IMG/VR virus record: IMGVR_UViG_3300021376_000001 | Direction: 5' to 3' (one strand) | Length of the DNA: 64,000 nucleotides | Source of the DNA: an uncultured virus (IMG/VR IMGVR_UViG_3300021376_000001) | Lineage: Duplodnaviria > Heunggongvirae > Uroviricota > Caudoviricetes | Shown: positions 44,247 through 54,994 of the stretch, in pieces | How positions within the stretch are numbered: position 1 is the stretch's first letter | Layout: the number at the start of each line of letters is the position of its first letter | Notes under the pieces: model-generated | The model's input: the letters and a program-made list of their open reading frames with translations, nothing else | Database searches by the model: none | What the model was told of the DNA's origin: nothing | Position numbers and translations under genes: made by a program

Positions 44247-46275
44247 TTCAGTATTTCTTGACGATGCTGAAGACAAGCGCAAGCTTGTCGCGCCATTAAT
44301 TATTGAAGGCGCCAAGAAGGGAGGCGGTGGAGATGCCCCAGAAGAAGACCCCGACACACTGCGAAGCCGTGCTACGGCCAAGATCCTGGGAGCTTTATGC
44401 GAAGGGCCAGTAGAAGGCTTTGCCGTGAGCTCGGGGCAAAGTGTATTTCTTAATGACACGCCATTGCAAAGTCTTGATGGTTCTTCAAACTTTGGAACAG
44501 GCTTAAATGTCAATTTTAGGCGTGGTACGCAAGATCAATCGTCCATTCCTGGGTTTGATGATGTACGAGTGGAGCAATCTGTTGGCGTAAAAGTGACAAG
44601 GCAAGGTGGTGCTACCAGTGTCACCACTGCGAGCAATTTATTCTCTCAAATTATTGTGCGAATTGGCGTAGCATCGCTTTTTCGCGTGGAAGATGATGGT
44701 GACATTAAGGGAACAAGTGTTGAATTTGTCATCAGAATTATTGACAACAATGGTACAACTATTGTCAATCAAACGCAAACTATTAGCGGCAAAGCTCGCG
44801 GTCCTGTTGATTTTGAATATCCCTTTAACGCTTCTGGCCAGGGTCCATGGGTGGTGCGAGTAACGCGAAACACTGACGATCCCCGTGATCTGAAATACAA
44901 CAATGATTTATATTTTAAGGCGGTGATTGGCGTGCTAGCCGAGTCGTTTCGCTATCCCAACACTGCGCTAGTTGGTCTAACAGTTAGCGCCGAAGCCTTT
45001 GATTCCATTCCCGAATTGTCCGTGGAGATAAAGGGACTCCAGATTAGAGTGCCAAGCAATTACAACCCTGCATCGCGCACATATTCGGGAATTTGGGATG
45101 GCACCTTTAGCGGGCGCCAGTATTCCAATAATCCCGTCTGGGTGTTTTATGACTTGCTGACTAACCGTAGATATGGTTGTGGTAATTTTGTTGAGCAAGA
45201 CAACATTGACAAATTTGCTCTGTATGAAATTAGCAGATATTGTGATGAGCTTGTAAGCAATGGTCGGGGCGGTACAGAGCCACGCTTCACTTTTAATGGC
45301 GTCATCAATAACAGGGCTGAAGCCTATGAAGTGTTGAATGGCCTGGCATCATGCTTCCAGGGCATGATTTATTTTGCAAACGGCACAATTGTCGCCACTC
45401 AAGACAAACCTGGCCGAGCCGTTAAGCTCTTCAACTCTTCCAATGTCATCCAGGAGGTGGAGGAATCTGGACAGGTAACTGGTCCCCCTTTCACTTATGA
45501 AGGAACTGGTCGCAAAGCCAGGAAGACCGTAGCGCTTGTTTCCTGGAACGATCCTAGTGATCGTTACAGAGGAAAAATTGAATATGTGGAAGATCGAGGG
45601 GCTATTCAACAATATGGTTACCGCGAGATTTCAGTGAGAGGCTTTGGCTGCACATCCCAAGCACAAGCGCAACGCATTGGCCGCTGGACTTTGCTTACCA
45701 ACCTCACGGAAAAGGAGACTGTCACGTTCAAGGTGAGCGCTCAAGGCTTCTTCTTAATGCCCGGTGATCTTGTTGACATTGCTGACAGCGATCGCAGCGG
45801 CGGCATTGCCGCCGGCATTTGCCCCACGGGCTCCACGACTACAAGGGTGGAGCTCGACCGGCAAGTGGTGTTGTCCGGTGGTACTAGCTACACGCTGCAG
45901 CTCATTGCTGCAAATGCAATGACGGTATATAGCGGCACCACGGCTTCTGGGGTGGCCCCAGCAAGCGAAGATCGGGCAGTTGCCACTACTGCTGGCACTC
46001 ATACAGCTTTGACAGTTTCTAGTGCCTTTACTTCGGTGCCCACTATCGGCACGGCATGGTTCTTGCGTGCCAACACTGTCACCAAGAAGCGCTATCGCGT
46101 TATTTCATTGGCAGAGGACGACGGCATTGTCACCATCATTGCCGCAAGTCACAATGAAGATAAGTATTCCATTGTGGACAACAGCACTGCACTGGACACG
46201 ATTCGACGCTCCGTGGCTAGCCTTACGGTTACGCCAAGGGTGAGTGCTGGCGGCATCGTCTTGGATGTGAGCTAA
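44239..46275 (+). CDS. tail tip protein J-like (short)
   Basis: LCEGPVEG, YPNTALVG, W.GTF..SNNP.W..YDLLT..RYG and GCTS.AQA.R.GRW motifs. Confidence 0.9.
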   Translation: MSDSVFLDDAEDKRKLVAPLIIEGAKKGGGGDAPEEDPDTLRSRATAKILGALCEGPVEGFAVSSGQSVFLNDTPLQSLDGSSNFGTGLNVNFRRGTQDQSSIPGFDDVRVEQSVGVKVTRQGGATSVTTASNLFSQIIVRIGVASLFRVEDDGDIKGTSVEFVIRIIDNNGTTIVNQTQTISGKARGPVDFEYPFNASGQGPWVVRVTRNTDDPRDLKYNNDLYFKAVIGVLAESFRYPNTALVGLTVSAEAFDSIPELSVEIKGLQIRVPSNYNPASRTYSGIWDGTFSGRQYSNNPVWVFYDLLTNRRYGCGNFVEQDNIDKFALYEISRYCDELVSNGRGGTEPRFTFNGVINNRAEAYEVLNGLASCFQGMIYFANGTIVATQDKPGRAVKLFNSSNVIQEVEESGQVTGPPFTYEGTGRKARKTVALVSWNDPSDRYRGKIEYVEDRGAIQQYGYREISVRGFGCTSQAQAQRIGRWTLLTNLTEKETVTFKVSAQGFFLMPGDLVDIADSDRSGGIAAGICPTGSTTTRVELDRQVVLSGGTSYTLQLIAANAMTVYSGTTASGVAPASEDRAVATTAGTHTALTVSSAFTSVPTIGTAWFLRANTVTKKRYRVISLAEDDGIVTIIAASHNEDKYSIVDNSTALDTIRRSVASLTVTPRVSAGGIVLDVS

Positions 46276-46667
46276 TGGCCATTGAAGCGCGATGGGACTT
46301 TCCGGTTTACAGTCCGTATTCCATTCTCAATGTCATCTGCCCAGCAATTAGCTGGACGCAATTAATCAACCACCCATTGATTCGCGGCTTCAAAGTGGAG
46401 CTGTTCATCATTGAAGAAAACCGGATTATTGACGTTGGAGAGGTGAGGCAAGCATATGCAACCATTCCTTCTGACAACTACACAATCAGTTCATCGTATA
46501 AACTGAGGGTGGCTACAATTGGCACAGACAGTCGGCAATCCGCCTTCGTTGAAAGTGCTGCATTTGTCGCTTCTCCCTTGAGGTTTGATTTTTCAGCCTC
46601 GGAGAATGTAAAACTTCCCGATGGAAGAGCGGTAGCATCTCAACGACTTTTATTCTTGCTGTTTTAA
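46275..46667 (+). CDS. FN3-like tail-tip accessory protein
   Basis: W...P..GFKVE...YKLRVATIG..RQS pattern; coupled to J. Confidence 0.45.
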   Translation: MAIEARWDFPVYSPYSILNVICPAISWTQLINHPLIRGFKVELFIIEENRIIDVGEVRQAYATIPSDNYTISSSYKLRVATIGTDSRQSAFVESAAFVASPLRFDFSASENVKLPDGRAVASQRLLFLLF

Positions 46668-46670
46668 TCA

Positions 46671-47072
46671 ATGGCCCTCTTCGGACTGGACGCTGCCGGC
46701 AATACAGCTTATGTGCAAGCTGTGGGCGATGGAAGCAATAGCAATCCCTATTTGATGCAGCATGATGTGCTATCGCGGGACATCAAGAGCGCTTTTGTAG
46801 CGAGCACAAGCGGCGCAGACATTACCAGTGGTGTCACCAGCAAGAAATTGCGTGTGATAAATATGGTCATCACTGCCACATCTGGCTGCACTGTGCAAAT
46901 TCAGAGTGGTGGTTCCACCAACCTCACTCCCGCATTCCCCATCGTTTCATCTGGCAGTTTAGTGCTGTCTAATCCGCTGGGCCTGTTTGAAAGTGCATTG
47001 AGCGAAAAGCTCAATGCCGTGGTGAGCAGTGGTGCAAGTTATCAAATAATGATCACATATCGCGAGGTGTAA
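46671..47072 (+). CDS. virion structural protein
   Basis: S/T/G-rich beta composition within the tail module. Confidence 0.6.
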   Translation: MALFGLDAAGNTAYVQAVGDGSNSNPYLMQHDVLSRDIKSAFVASTSGADITSGVTSKKLRVINMVITATSGCTVQIQSGGSTNLTPAFPIVSSGSLVLSNPLGLFESALSEKLNAVVSSGASYQIMITYREV

Positions 47073-47074
47073 GC

Positions 47075-47893
47075 ATGACCAAGATTGTTGGTACGTTGCA
47101 GGGGCCCAATGGCCCATTGGACGGGCGACTGTATGTGAAACCTTCGGCTCCTTTTATTGGTGCGTCTGCGGAGGGCACATCATTCCGAGTGGAGAATGGA
47201 GAGCTGAATATTGAACTAGCTGCCAATGTGGGGAACACTGTATGGCTGGTGGACTGGAAGGATCAGTTTGACTGGTCTCCTGTCACCTATGTGGAGCAAT
47301 GGCGCGTGCCATTAACTGATGCTGTGGCACTGGAAGAGGTGAGAAGCTATGGCGCGGGCATGCGGCGCAATGGCTCAAGCAAGACGGATGCCTTGGACTT
47401 GATGACATGGAAGCAACAGGCTCAGTCTGCAGAAAGCAAGGTGGCAGTATTGGGGCACGAAAAGACTCGACTACTTTTGCAATTGAGCAGTGCAGAGGGC
47501 AGGGCCGCCGCTGCAACAGGCAAAGTGGCATCACTCAACGCTCAAATTAGCAAGTTGCAACAGGAGTTGGTGAAACGCAAGGCTCCGGCAGTGCGGAATG
47601 TGGAGACAGTGATTGAAAAACAAATGCTGCCTGATGAGGTGAAGCAGTTGTTTGCAATGGAAAAGCAAAGGCTTGTATTGTTGGAACAAGAAAATCAGGG
47701 GCTTAAAGAAGAGCTAAATGAGCGTCTTTCGCTTGTAACACATTTCTCATCGTTGCACGAGGAGATTGGTAGACTAAAAAACGAAAACCAAGAGCTTCTT
47801 CTTCGCATTGAAGAATTAAGGCAGCCAGCGCGAAATACAACAGCGCTGCGCCGTGAAGCGATTGAAAATCTTAATCGCCTCGTTGAGAGTTAA
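47075..47893 (+). CDS. hypothetical protein with long coiled coil
   Basis: Heptad-rich C-terminal half. Confidence 0.65.
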   Translation: MTKIVGTLQGPNGPLDGRLYVKPSAPFIGASAEGTSFRVENGELNIELAANVGNTVWLVDWKDQFDWSPVTYVEQWRVPLTDAVALEEVRSYGAGMRRNGSSKTDALDLMTWKQQAQSAESKVAVLGHEKTRLLLQLSSAEGRAAAATGKVASLNAQISKLQQELVKRKAPAVRNVETVIEKQMLPDEVKQLFAMEKQRLVLLEQENQGLKEELNERLSLVTHFSSLHEEIGRLKNENQELLLRIEELRQPARNTTALRREAIENLNRLVES

Positions 47894-48576
47894 TGGAAAG
47901 CATCAACGTTACAGTTCGGGAGGGCGACAGCTTTGATGAGTTGTATTTGGCATTCCAAAAACCCATTGGCACGGCTCGCAATTTTGCTAGTTCTGAGTTA
48001 ATTGCACAAATCAAAACTACGTTTGGTGCTGCCAGCGTGGTTGATAGCTGGGGTATTACAAAGCTGACCACCACCGGCCACCTCAAATTGGCCCTTACAT
48101 CATCTCAAACAGAAACGCTAGGGCGCAATGTTGGGCTTGGCTATTCAGAACGCGGCCTTATTTATGACGTGGGCCGTCAGGCTGCTGATCCCTTTGACCA
48201 AGGCGCTGTCTATCTCTGGGATTTGAAAGAGCTTTATTATCTTGATGCCGGCAGTGGCATTGCCACCATCACATCAGGCACCATCATTGATCCGGCGGTG
48301 GGCAGCAATCGTGTGCGCGTAACCACCAGTGGTCGGCATGGCCTCACGTCTCAAGATGTGGTGCGCATTACAGGTGCTTCCGTCAGTGGATATAACGCCA
48401 CATATGTAACGAATACGCTGAGCATTATTTCTGATACTGTATTTGAAATTGTACCTGCAAGTGGTGGTACGCCTGTTTTCAGTTCTGTAGCCTCTGGCGG
48501 CACGCTTAATGTGCTGAAAGAGGATACGATTGTAATAGGCACGTTGCAGGTTATCCCTCGCATCACATCTATCTAA
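47893..48576 (+). CDS. tail/baseplate-type structural protein
   Basis: REGDSF...WDL adaptor-like fold with inserted H.L...D.V.I.G beta module. Confidence 0.6.
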   Translation: MESINVTVREGDSFDELYLAFQKPIGTARNFASSELIAQIKTTFGAASVVDSWGITKLTTTGHLKLALTSSQTETLGRNVGLGYSERGLIYDVGRQAADPFDQGAVYLWDLKELYYLDAGSGIATITSGTIIDPAVGSNRVRVTTSGRHGLTSQDVVRITGASVSGYNATYVTNTLSIISDTVFEIVPASGGTPVFSSVASGGTLNVLKEDTIVIGTLQVIPRITSI

Positions 48577-48582
48577 GGAACA

Positions 48583-50133
48583 ATGCCTGACATTGAAGAA
48601 GGAAAACAGGTAGTAACAGTTGGCCGCTCTGAGCCGCTTGCTGCCGGTCAGGCCACAATGGCCAATTCGCTGCCAGTGGTTATTGCCAGCGATCAATCGC
48701 CCGTTCCCATCCTTGATAACCTAAGCAGCCCTTCGGAGGTGCATGACGACCTCCTGGGCAACCCTCGTGTTCAGACCAGTCTGCAGCTCTGGGATTCGAC
48801 CAACATCCTCGCCATTGACCCTAAGGCTTGGAAGCTAACGGCGGACGACACTGGCACCCCGAATTTTTCAACTGTCACCCACTTGCCGTCCGAAAGCGGC
48901 GCACAGTTGCTAATCAACACCAACGCTCCCAACGGCACCATTGCCCAGATGCAGAGCCGCTTGGTATTTCCGTACCAGACCGGCCGCATCACTGATGTAA
49001 GTTTTGGCGTCAGCATGCTGAAGGACGCTAATGCCACTATCGAAATGGGCATTTTCGATGGCAAGAACGGCTACATCATTCGCATTGTTGGCAATAGTTT
49101 GTTCTTCGTTCGCCGGACAAATTCTGGCGAAAGTCCGCAGAATCATGGAGCCCCTGTGGGCTCCACTGATTTCACCATTAGCAATAGCGCAAGCCTATAT
49201 AACGGCCATCGTTATCGCGTGCTTACTTCCGATCCGTCCGTGATGGAAGAAATTGTGCCGCGTGCATTTTTTAATGGTGACAAACTTGATGGCGTTGCAC
49301 CTAGCGTGCATACCCTGAGCCTGGCGAATGTGACCATGTATCGCATTCAAATGGGCTGGTATGGCGGCTCAGCCTGCAAGCTGCAAGCATTTGTGCCTGT
49401 GGACACCAATTTACCCGCTGGTGCAACAGCGAAAAACTCTCGCTGGGTGACCATCCATCAAAACAACACTTGCGACCGCATCCCGTTCCCAAGCCTGGGC
49501 AATCCCAACCTGCCTCTGACGTTCAAGGTGACGAAAGATGGCAGCCTGCCGCAAGCCGTCTATCTGAAGATTTATGGCACCAAGGCTGAGATTGACGGTG
49601 GCGATGCAAGCAAGTATGACATCTTCTCCCAGGCATCCACTCCTGCAACTACCAATCCTGGCGTGCAGCGCCCGCTTCTGACCATCCGTTGCAAGGAAAA
49701 CATCACCAATGCGGACGGCAATAGCAAGCTGAATATTATGCGAGTGGTGCCCCTGATGCTGAATTTCTCTGCATCGCATCGTGCCAAATTCAGCCTGATC
49801 AAGAACCCCGCAACGCTGGTGGTAAGCGGCAGCAGTATTGATCCCTCGACTAACACCACTGCATTCACGTCCACGGCCCAATTGTCGGCCATGGAATACA
49901 ACACTGCAGCCACTGGTATTACGGGTGGTAGCACTGTTGCTACGTTCTTTGCTGGCGATGACGATGGTCAGAACATTGTCCTGAGCGAAGTGTTCCGTTA
50001 CAACCGCGAATTCCTCACTCGTCCGATCTCCAACAGCGGCGGCACATCTGGCGACATCCTTACATTGGTTGCTGAAAGCATTGCTGACAGCGGCAACACT
50101 GTTACCGGCTCGCTCACTTGGGGCGAGCGCTGA
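48583..50133 (+). CDS. virion structural protein (paralog A)
   Basis: DLLGNPR, YQTGR, FNGDKLDG and GWYG shared with the next gene. Confidence 0.75.
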   Translation: MPDIEEGKQVVTVGRSEPLAAGQATMANSLPVVIASDQSPVPILDNLSSPSEVHDDLLGNPRVQTSLQLWDSTNILAIDPKAWKLTADDTGTPNFSTVTHLPSESGAQLLINTNAPNGTIAQMQSRLVFPYQTGRITDVSFGVSMLKDANATIEMGIFDGKNGYIIRIVGNSLFFVRRTNSGESPQNHGAPVGSTDFTISNSASLYNGHRYRVLTSDPSVMEEIVPRAFFNGDKLDGVAPSVHTLSLANVTMYRIQMGWYGGSACKLQAFVPVDTNLPAGATAKNSRWVTIHQNNTCDRIPFPSLGNPNLPLTFKVTKDGSLPQAVYLKIYGTKAEIDGGDASKYDIFSQASTPATTNPGVQRPLLTIRCKENITNADGNSKLNIMRVVPLMLNFSASHRAKFSLIKNPATLVVSGSSIDPSTNTTAFTSTAQLSAMEYNTAATGITGGSTVATFFAGDDDGQNIVLSEVFRYNREFLTRPISNSGGTSGDILTLVAESIADSGNTVTGSLTWGER

Positions 50134-50141
50134 GTTAAACC

Positions 50142-52229
50142 ATGGCATATTATCAGCTTCCCCATGAAGTTGGGCAGAAACGGTATGTTGTAGCTAGTGG
50201 GGCTAATGCTGGCACTGTTTTACAGGAAGGTGGCCCTTTCCCTACTGGCCGCCAACCGCGTGCAAGTGGCATTCCGATTGTGCTGCCGCGTTTTAACGCA
50301 ACGCTGCCAGTTGTCATTCACCAAGAAAAGCCAACAGAAATCCGCACTGATCTTCTTGGTAATCCACGGGCTGAGGCAACGCTCAGCCTTTTCAATTACA
50401 CTGACGACTACGCATTTCGCGACGACATTTACGTTGCCGAAGTGCAGGGTCTGAATGAGATTGGAGAGAATGACAATGAAAGTGCCAAGTGGACTCAGCT
50501 CCAAAATGTCGGAATCAACTACTCGCCCCTGCCTACTGGATACATCACACATGATCCAGCCAGGCAAGCCGTCAAAATCGAGCTTGCCAAAGCAGAGGGC
50601 GGTTTTCAGCGAGTGCGTATCAGCACACGAAAGCGATTTCGTTATCAAACCGGACGTGTCGTTCGCGCTTCAGTTTGCCTTCAGATGAGCCAGGCAAATC
50701 TGCCTGCCTGTGAAAAGACATGGGGTATTGGTGATTCGCTTGATGGTTTCTTCTTCAATATCAAAGCAGGTGGTGATGGGGATGATTTTCGCCTCATCCA
50801 TCGCCGCTCTTCTGGTGATGGCCTACCGAAGGAAATAGTTGTTCCTCGTAGCGCATTTAATGGTGACAAGTTAGACGGTACTGGATCGAGCAATGCAGTG
50901 CTTGATCTGACTAAGAACTGTATGTACTTGGTTGAGTGGGGCTGGTATGGCGCCAGTTCTGCTCGTTTCTATGCCTTTGTCGTCGACGAGGCAACGGATA
51001 TTCCTGACACGATCAGGGGCATTCCGCGTGGTCGTTGGGTGTTGATGCATGAAATGCTCATCCCCGATTCATTGTCCACCCCCAGCTTGGGCACACCTGT
51101 GCTGCCCTTCACCATTGAAATCACGAACAATGGCTATCTGGTGGAACCCCAGTTCATTGTTAAGTATGGACTGAGCCTGCAGATTGATGGAGGGGAAAGC
51201 GAAAAGGCTGAGATTTACGGAGCTGATTTATCTGCCGGCCGGGACATTGGTCCTGTGTTGGGCGGCAGCCAGGCCGCCCATTATTTCCCGTTGTTTGCCA
51301 TTCGGGCTAAGGAATTTGCCCCTGGCGGGCTGATTAATAGTCTGCAGGGCTTGCCTAAAACACTTGACTTGCTGGGCAACTATGCGACGGAGCTGGTAGT
51401 GCTTCGTGATCCCGTGTTTAGCAACATGAAAGAGGCTGCGGGCCATTTCAATGGCACGCTGCCGGAAGATACTGACGGCCAATATGGCCTTGGCGAAGCG
51501 CTGCTGCAGGGCTATGACAATGATGGTGTGAGCATTATTCAGCTCACCACTGAGCAGCCTGACGTGCTGCCATTGGCAGTCGAGGACATTTATACGCTTA
51601 CGGACATGGGCGTACTGGAAGGCAACTTCCTCATGAAAAAAGTGGTGGATGGCAAGACACTCACCACGCTTTACGCTGCCCCGAACAAGAGCGAGCACAT
51701 TGAGCTCACAGCCATTTATGACTTGGTGCGTGAATCAATTACCACTGAATACGATAGTAAGTTTGACTTCCCGCCCAGTAACGAAAACATCAAGATTACC
51801 AACATCAGTGGAGGGGGTGTGTTAACGCTGGAGCGGCGCCACACGTTTGAGAGTGGCTTCCGCTTTGTTATTGGCACTACCACGTACTACGTGCTCAATG
51901 TCCCCGATGAATTCTCCCTCACATTGTCCACCTCTCGCGGCGGAGCTTTGTACAATAACTATGCCGCTGATGGCATCGTTGCTGGCGCATTTGGTACTGG
52001 ATATTTTGATCTGGTGATTAACAATGCAGTGGCAAGTAGGGCTCGCGCGATTAGTCAAGGCATTGTGGTGTTTGCAGTGAGACGCATTGCTGATGCTCAA
52101 TTGGCAAGTTCGCTGGCAGAGAAAAATGCACAATGGATGAGGACATATAATTGCTCAACCACTAACACGTATAATGTGGTTAGCCCTGCCCCCGAAGTGA
52201 GGGCGTTCCTCAATTACGGGCTGCGATAA
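50142..52229 (+). CDS. virion structural protein (paralog B)
   Basis: Same motifs as 48583..50133. Confidence 0.75.
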   Translation: MAYYQLPHEVGQKRYVVASGANAGTVLQEGGPFPTGRQPRASGIPIVLPRFNATLPVVIHQEKPTEIRTDLLGNPRAEATLSLFNYTDDYAFRDDIYVAEVQGLNEIGENDNESAKWTQLQNVGINYSPLPTGYITHDPARQAVKIELAKAEGGFQRVRISTRKRFRYQTGRVVRASVCLQMSQANLPACEKTWGIGDSLDGFFFNIKAGGDGDDFRLIHRRSSGDGLPKEIVVPRSAFNGDKLDGTGSSNAVLDLTKNCMYLVEWGWYGASSARFYAFVVDEATDIPDTIRGIPRGRWVLMHEMLIPDSLSTPSLGTPVLPFTIEITNNGYLVEPQFIVKYGLSLQIDGGESEKAEIYGADLSAGRDIGPVLGGSQAAHYFPLFAIRAKEFAPGGLINSLQGLPKTLDLLGNYATELVVLRDPVFSNMKEAAGHFNGTLPEDTDGQYGLGEALLQGYDNDGVSIIQLTTEQPDVLPLAVEDIYTLTDMGVLEGNFLMKKVVDGKTLTTLYAAPNKSEHIELTAIYDLVRESITTEYDSKFDFPPSNENIKITNISGGGVLTLERRHTFESGFRFVIGTTTYYVLNVPDEFSLTLSTSRGGALYNNYAADGIVAGAFGTGYFDLVINNAVASRARAISQGIVVFAVRRIADAQLASSLAEKNAQWMRTYNCSTTNTYNVVSPAPEVRAFLNYGLR

Positions 52230-53051
52230 ATGACAGTAGGAAGTTCAATCGTCAACTTGACGGCAAGCGGCCTGCCGACAGAGCAGGTTGATCAGGCATT
52301 TGCCTTCTGTTTGGGCACGCAGATTCTGCAAAACCCGGCATCTTCGCCGAGGGTGGGTAAACTGTCATTCAAGATTAGTCCTAATCTTTTTGATGTGCCA
52401 GTAAGCGGCAATACAGTGGGCGCCACTGCTATTGGCCTTGCTACTTCTGCAAATACTTCCAATATTTCTATCTGGTCTTCTACTGCTCAAATCAGAGACA
52501 ACGGTATTGGATTTGGTGTTTACGCAGTCAGTTTTGCTGAGGACATCAACAACAACCAAAAAGTGAACGTTGCTGCTGCCGGCACGTCTATTGCCTCTGT
52601 GTGTAAAAACAGGGTGGCCAGCGGTATTGACCTTGGTAACAACACTTTTACATCCACTTCACATGGATACGGGCAAGGGGATGCCGTCGTTATCGCTAGT
52701 GGCGACATTCCCGTTCCGCTTGCCACTGGAATAACTTATTACGTCATCCCTTCCGGCGTAAATAATTTCCTACTTGCCGAAACAAGAGCAAATGCAATGG
52801 CTGGGGTTGGCTCTGCTATTGACTTGATAGTTGACACCGGTGGTTTGACATACCTAGAAAGTGATGACGTTTTTGATGTTACAAGATCGGGGTTGACCGG
52901 CACGGTTATTGTCAAGCGAAACGGGTCAATCGTTCATACTTTCAGCGGCACCACTACTGCTACATTGCGACCATTTTTTTGGACGAGGGAAAGCAGTAAT
53001 AGCGCTACAATTCCAGTATTCAAGGCGATCAAAGTCAGCGGGGCTTCGTAA
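52230..53051 (+). CDS. virion structural protein
   Basis: HGY..GD.V...P.PL..G.TYYVI fibre module. Confidence 0.65.
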   Translation: MTVGSSIVNLTASGLPTEQVDQAFAFCLGTQILQNPASSPRVGKLSFKISPNLFDVPVSGNTVGATAIGLATSANTSNISIWSSTAQIRDNGIGFGVYAVSFAEDINNNQKVNVAAAGTSIASVCKNRVASGIDLGNNTFTSTSHGYGQGDAVVIASGDIPVPLATGITYYVIPSGVNNFLLAETRANAMAGVGSAIDLIVDTGGLTYLESDDVFDVTRSGLTGTVIVKRNGSIVHTFSGTTTATLRPFFWTRESSNSATIPVFKAIKVSGAS

Positions 53052-53054
53052 TCC

Positions 53055-54953
53055 ATGGCACAAAGCAAACTCATTACTGACCTTGTCGCGCTTGTTACGC
53101 CAAGTAATGACGATGTCTTTGTCATAGTCGACAATACGACAACCCCATCGCTGTCGGTAACCAAGAAGATCACCTATGCAAACTTGAAGGAAAGTTTGCA
53201 GGACATGATCGATGTGCTGTTCTCTGGTGGCACGGGGATCAATGCATCTTACAACGATGCATCGAACACGATCACTCTTTCCGTGATCAATGACACGTCA
53301 ACTCAGAAATCTATTTTTTCCAATAACGGCACTGTTATTGGCACTAGACAAGAACTAAATCTTGTGCCTGGCGCAAGTATTACACTGTCAGGCGGGGAAA
53401 ATGCTCCGGCTAACCGAGTTAATTTTACCATCAATTCAACTGCAGTTTCGACTGCTAGCGGGCTTCCCGGAATTGGCACCACATATAACGTGCTGTCTGG
53501 CGTTACAACTCTGCCTGATGGCACAAAGCGTTTGGACCTGCGCGGAATCAAGGCCGGAGGCAGTGGCATTAGCGTCGGCCTTACGGATTTTGATCAGACA
53601 ATTGTCGTCAATGTTGTTCCCTCTGGCATTGACATTAACTCTCTGAGCGTAGGCAGCCCTTTGGCGGTTGCGCTGGGTGGTACTGCTGCAACTACGCCGT
53701 CTGGCGCCCGTGGGCAACTCGGCGCCGCCACTGCAGGGGCTAATTTTGACATCACATCTCTCAGTGGCTTGACAACCGCTCTGAGCATCGGCCAGGGCGG
53801 TACAGGAGGGCAAACGGCCCAAACCGCTCTGTTCAATATCGGTGGTCTTTCTTATGTTGCCAATCTTGGAGCGACAGGCGAATCGTTGCTTGTTAGTCAG
53901 AAAAATGCAGTTGCGGGCGAATACAGAACAGAGCTAAAAAGTGTCAGGGCAGGTTCAGCGAAAATTACCGTTAGCACAGTTAGCAACTCTATTTCAATCG
54001 ACGCGAGTCCGAATGATATTCTGAATGCGGCAAGCGCGAATGTAAATCTCAATGCATTTCGCATCACCAACCTTGCTGCACCTGTAGCAGATAATGACGC
54101 GGCAACTAAGGGTTACGCAGACTCTGTTGCCCAGGGTCTTACGGTTAAGGGTTCATGCCGACTTGCGTCGACAACAGGTTTTAGCGCAACTTATTTTAAT
54201 GGCTCTGGCACGGTTTCTGCTGTTGACGTTGCGACAAATACGCTAACCATTAATAACCATGGCTTTAATACCGGAGAGCGAGTATATGTGTCATCTACCG
54301 GTTCGCTTCCCAGCGCCACGCCGGCACTTGCGCTAAACACTCAGTACTTCATTATCAATACTGGTACTAACTCGGTCAAGCTTGCGACAACACTTGCCAA
54401 CGCCAATGCGGGCACTGCTATTGACTTAACCAGCACTGGTTCTGGTGTTTTAACAGTCAACCACACTCTATATCTTCTTGCTACCGCAAACGGTGCCGCT
54501 TCTTTTGATGGAATTGCGGCCGCCTCTGGTGATCGGATTCTTCTGAAAAACCAGTCCAATGCTACGCAAAATGGCATCTATGCCGTCACTGAGCTTGGAG
54601 ACGTAAGCACTCCCGCCGTCTTAACGCGAGCAGACGACTCAAACGCCTCAACTGATATTCAGGAAGGCAGCTTTACTTTTATTGTCGAGGGTACGGCTAA
54701 CGGCGGCGTTGCATATGTGCAAACCACGCAAGATCCCGTTCTTGATGCCAGCAATCTTGTTTGGACGGTATTTTCTTCAAGTGCAATTCCCATCAATACC
54801 GTTGACAACACCAAGCTTGCGTTCATGGCTGCCGGAACCATTAAAGGCAGGCAAGGTGGAGCCGGCAGTGGCAACCCGCAAGATCTAACCGCAAATCAGG
54901 TGGTTGCTATAGTTAATACTGCCACAGACAGTATTGATTGTGGCACTTATTAA
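53055..54953 (+). CDS. tail fibre protein
   Basis: ITNLAAP..D.DAATK.Y.D and GDRILLKNQ...QNGIY fibre motifs. Confidence 0.8.
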   Translation: MAQSKLITDLVALVTPSNDDVFVIVDNTTTPSLSVTKKITYANLKESLQDMIDVLFSGGTGINASYNDASNTITLSVINDTSTQKSIFSNNGTVIGTRQELNLVPGASITLSGGENAPANRVNFTINSTAVSTASGLPGIGTTYNVLSGVTTLPDGTKRLDLRGIKAGGSGISVGLTDFDQTIVVNVVPSGIDINSLSVGSPLAVALGGTAATTPSGARGQLGAATAGANFDITSLSGLTTALSIGQGGTGGQTAQTALFNIGGLSYVANLGATGESLLVSQKNAVAGEYRTELKSVRAGSAKITVSTVSNSISIDASPNDILNAASANVNLNAFRITNLAAPVADNDAATKGYADSVAQGLTVKGSCRLASTTGFSATYFNGSGTVSAVDVATNTLTINNHGFNTGERVYVSSTGSLPSATPALALNTQYFIINTGTNSVKLATTLANANAGTAIDLTSTGSGVLTVNHTLYLLATANGAASFDGIAAASGDRILLKNQSNATQNGIYAVTELGDVSTPAVLTRADDSNASTDIQEGSFTFIVEGTANGGVAYVQTTQDPVLDASNLVWTVFSSSAIPINTVDNTKLAFMAAGTIKGRQGGAGSGNPQDLTANQVVAIVNTATDSIDCGTY

Positions 54954-54994
54954 TTTTCTCAAGAGCCGCGCTTGTGCGCGGCATTATTAGTGCC

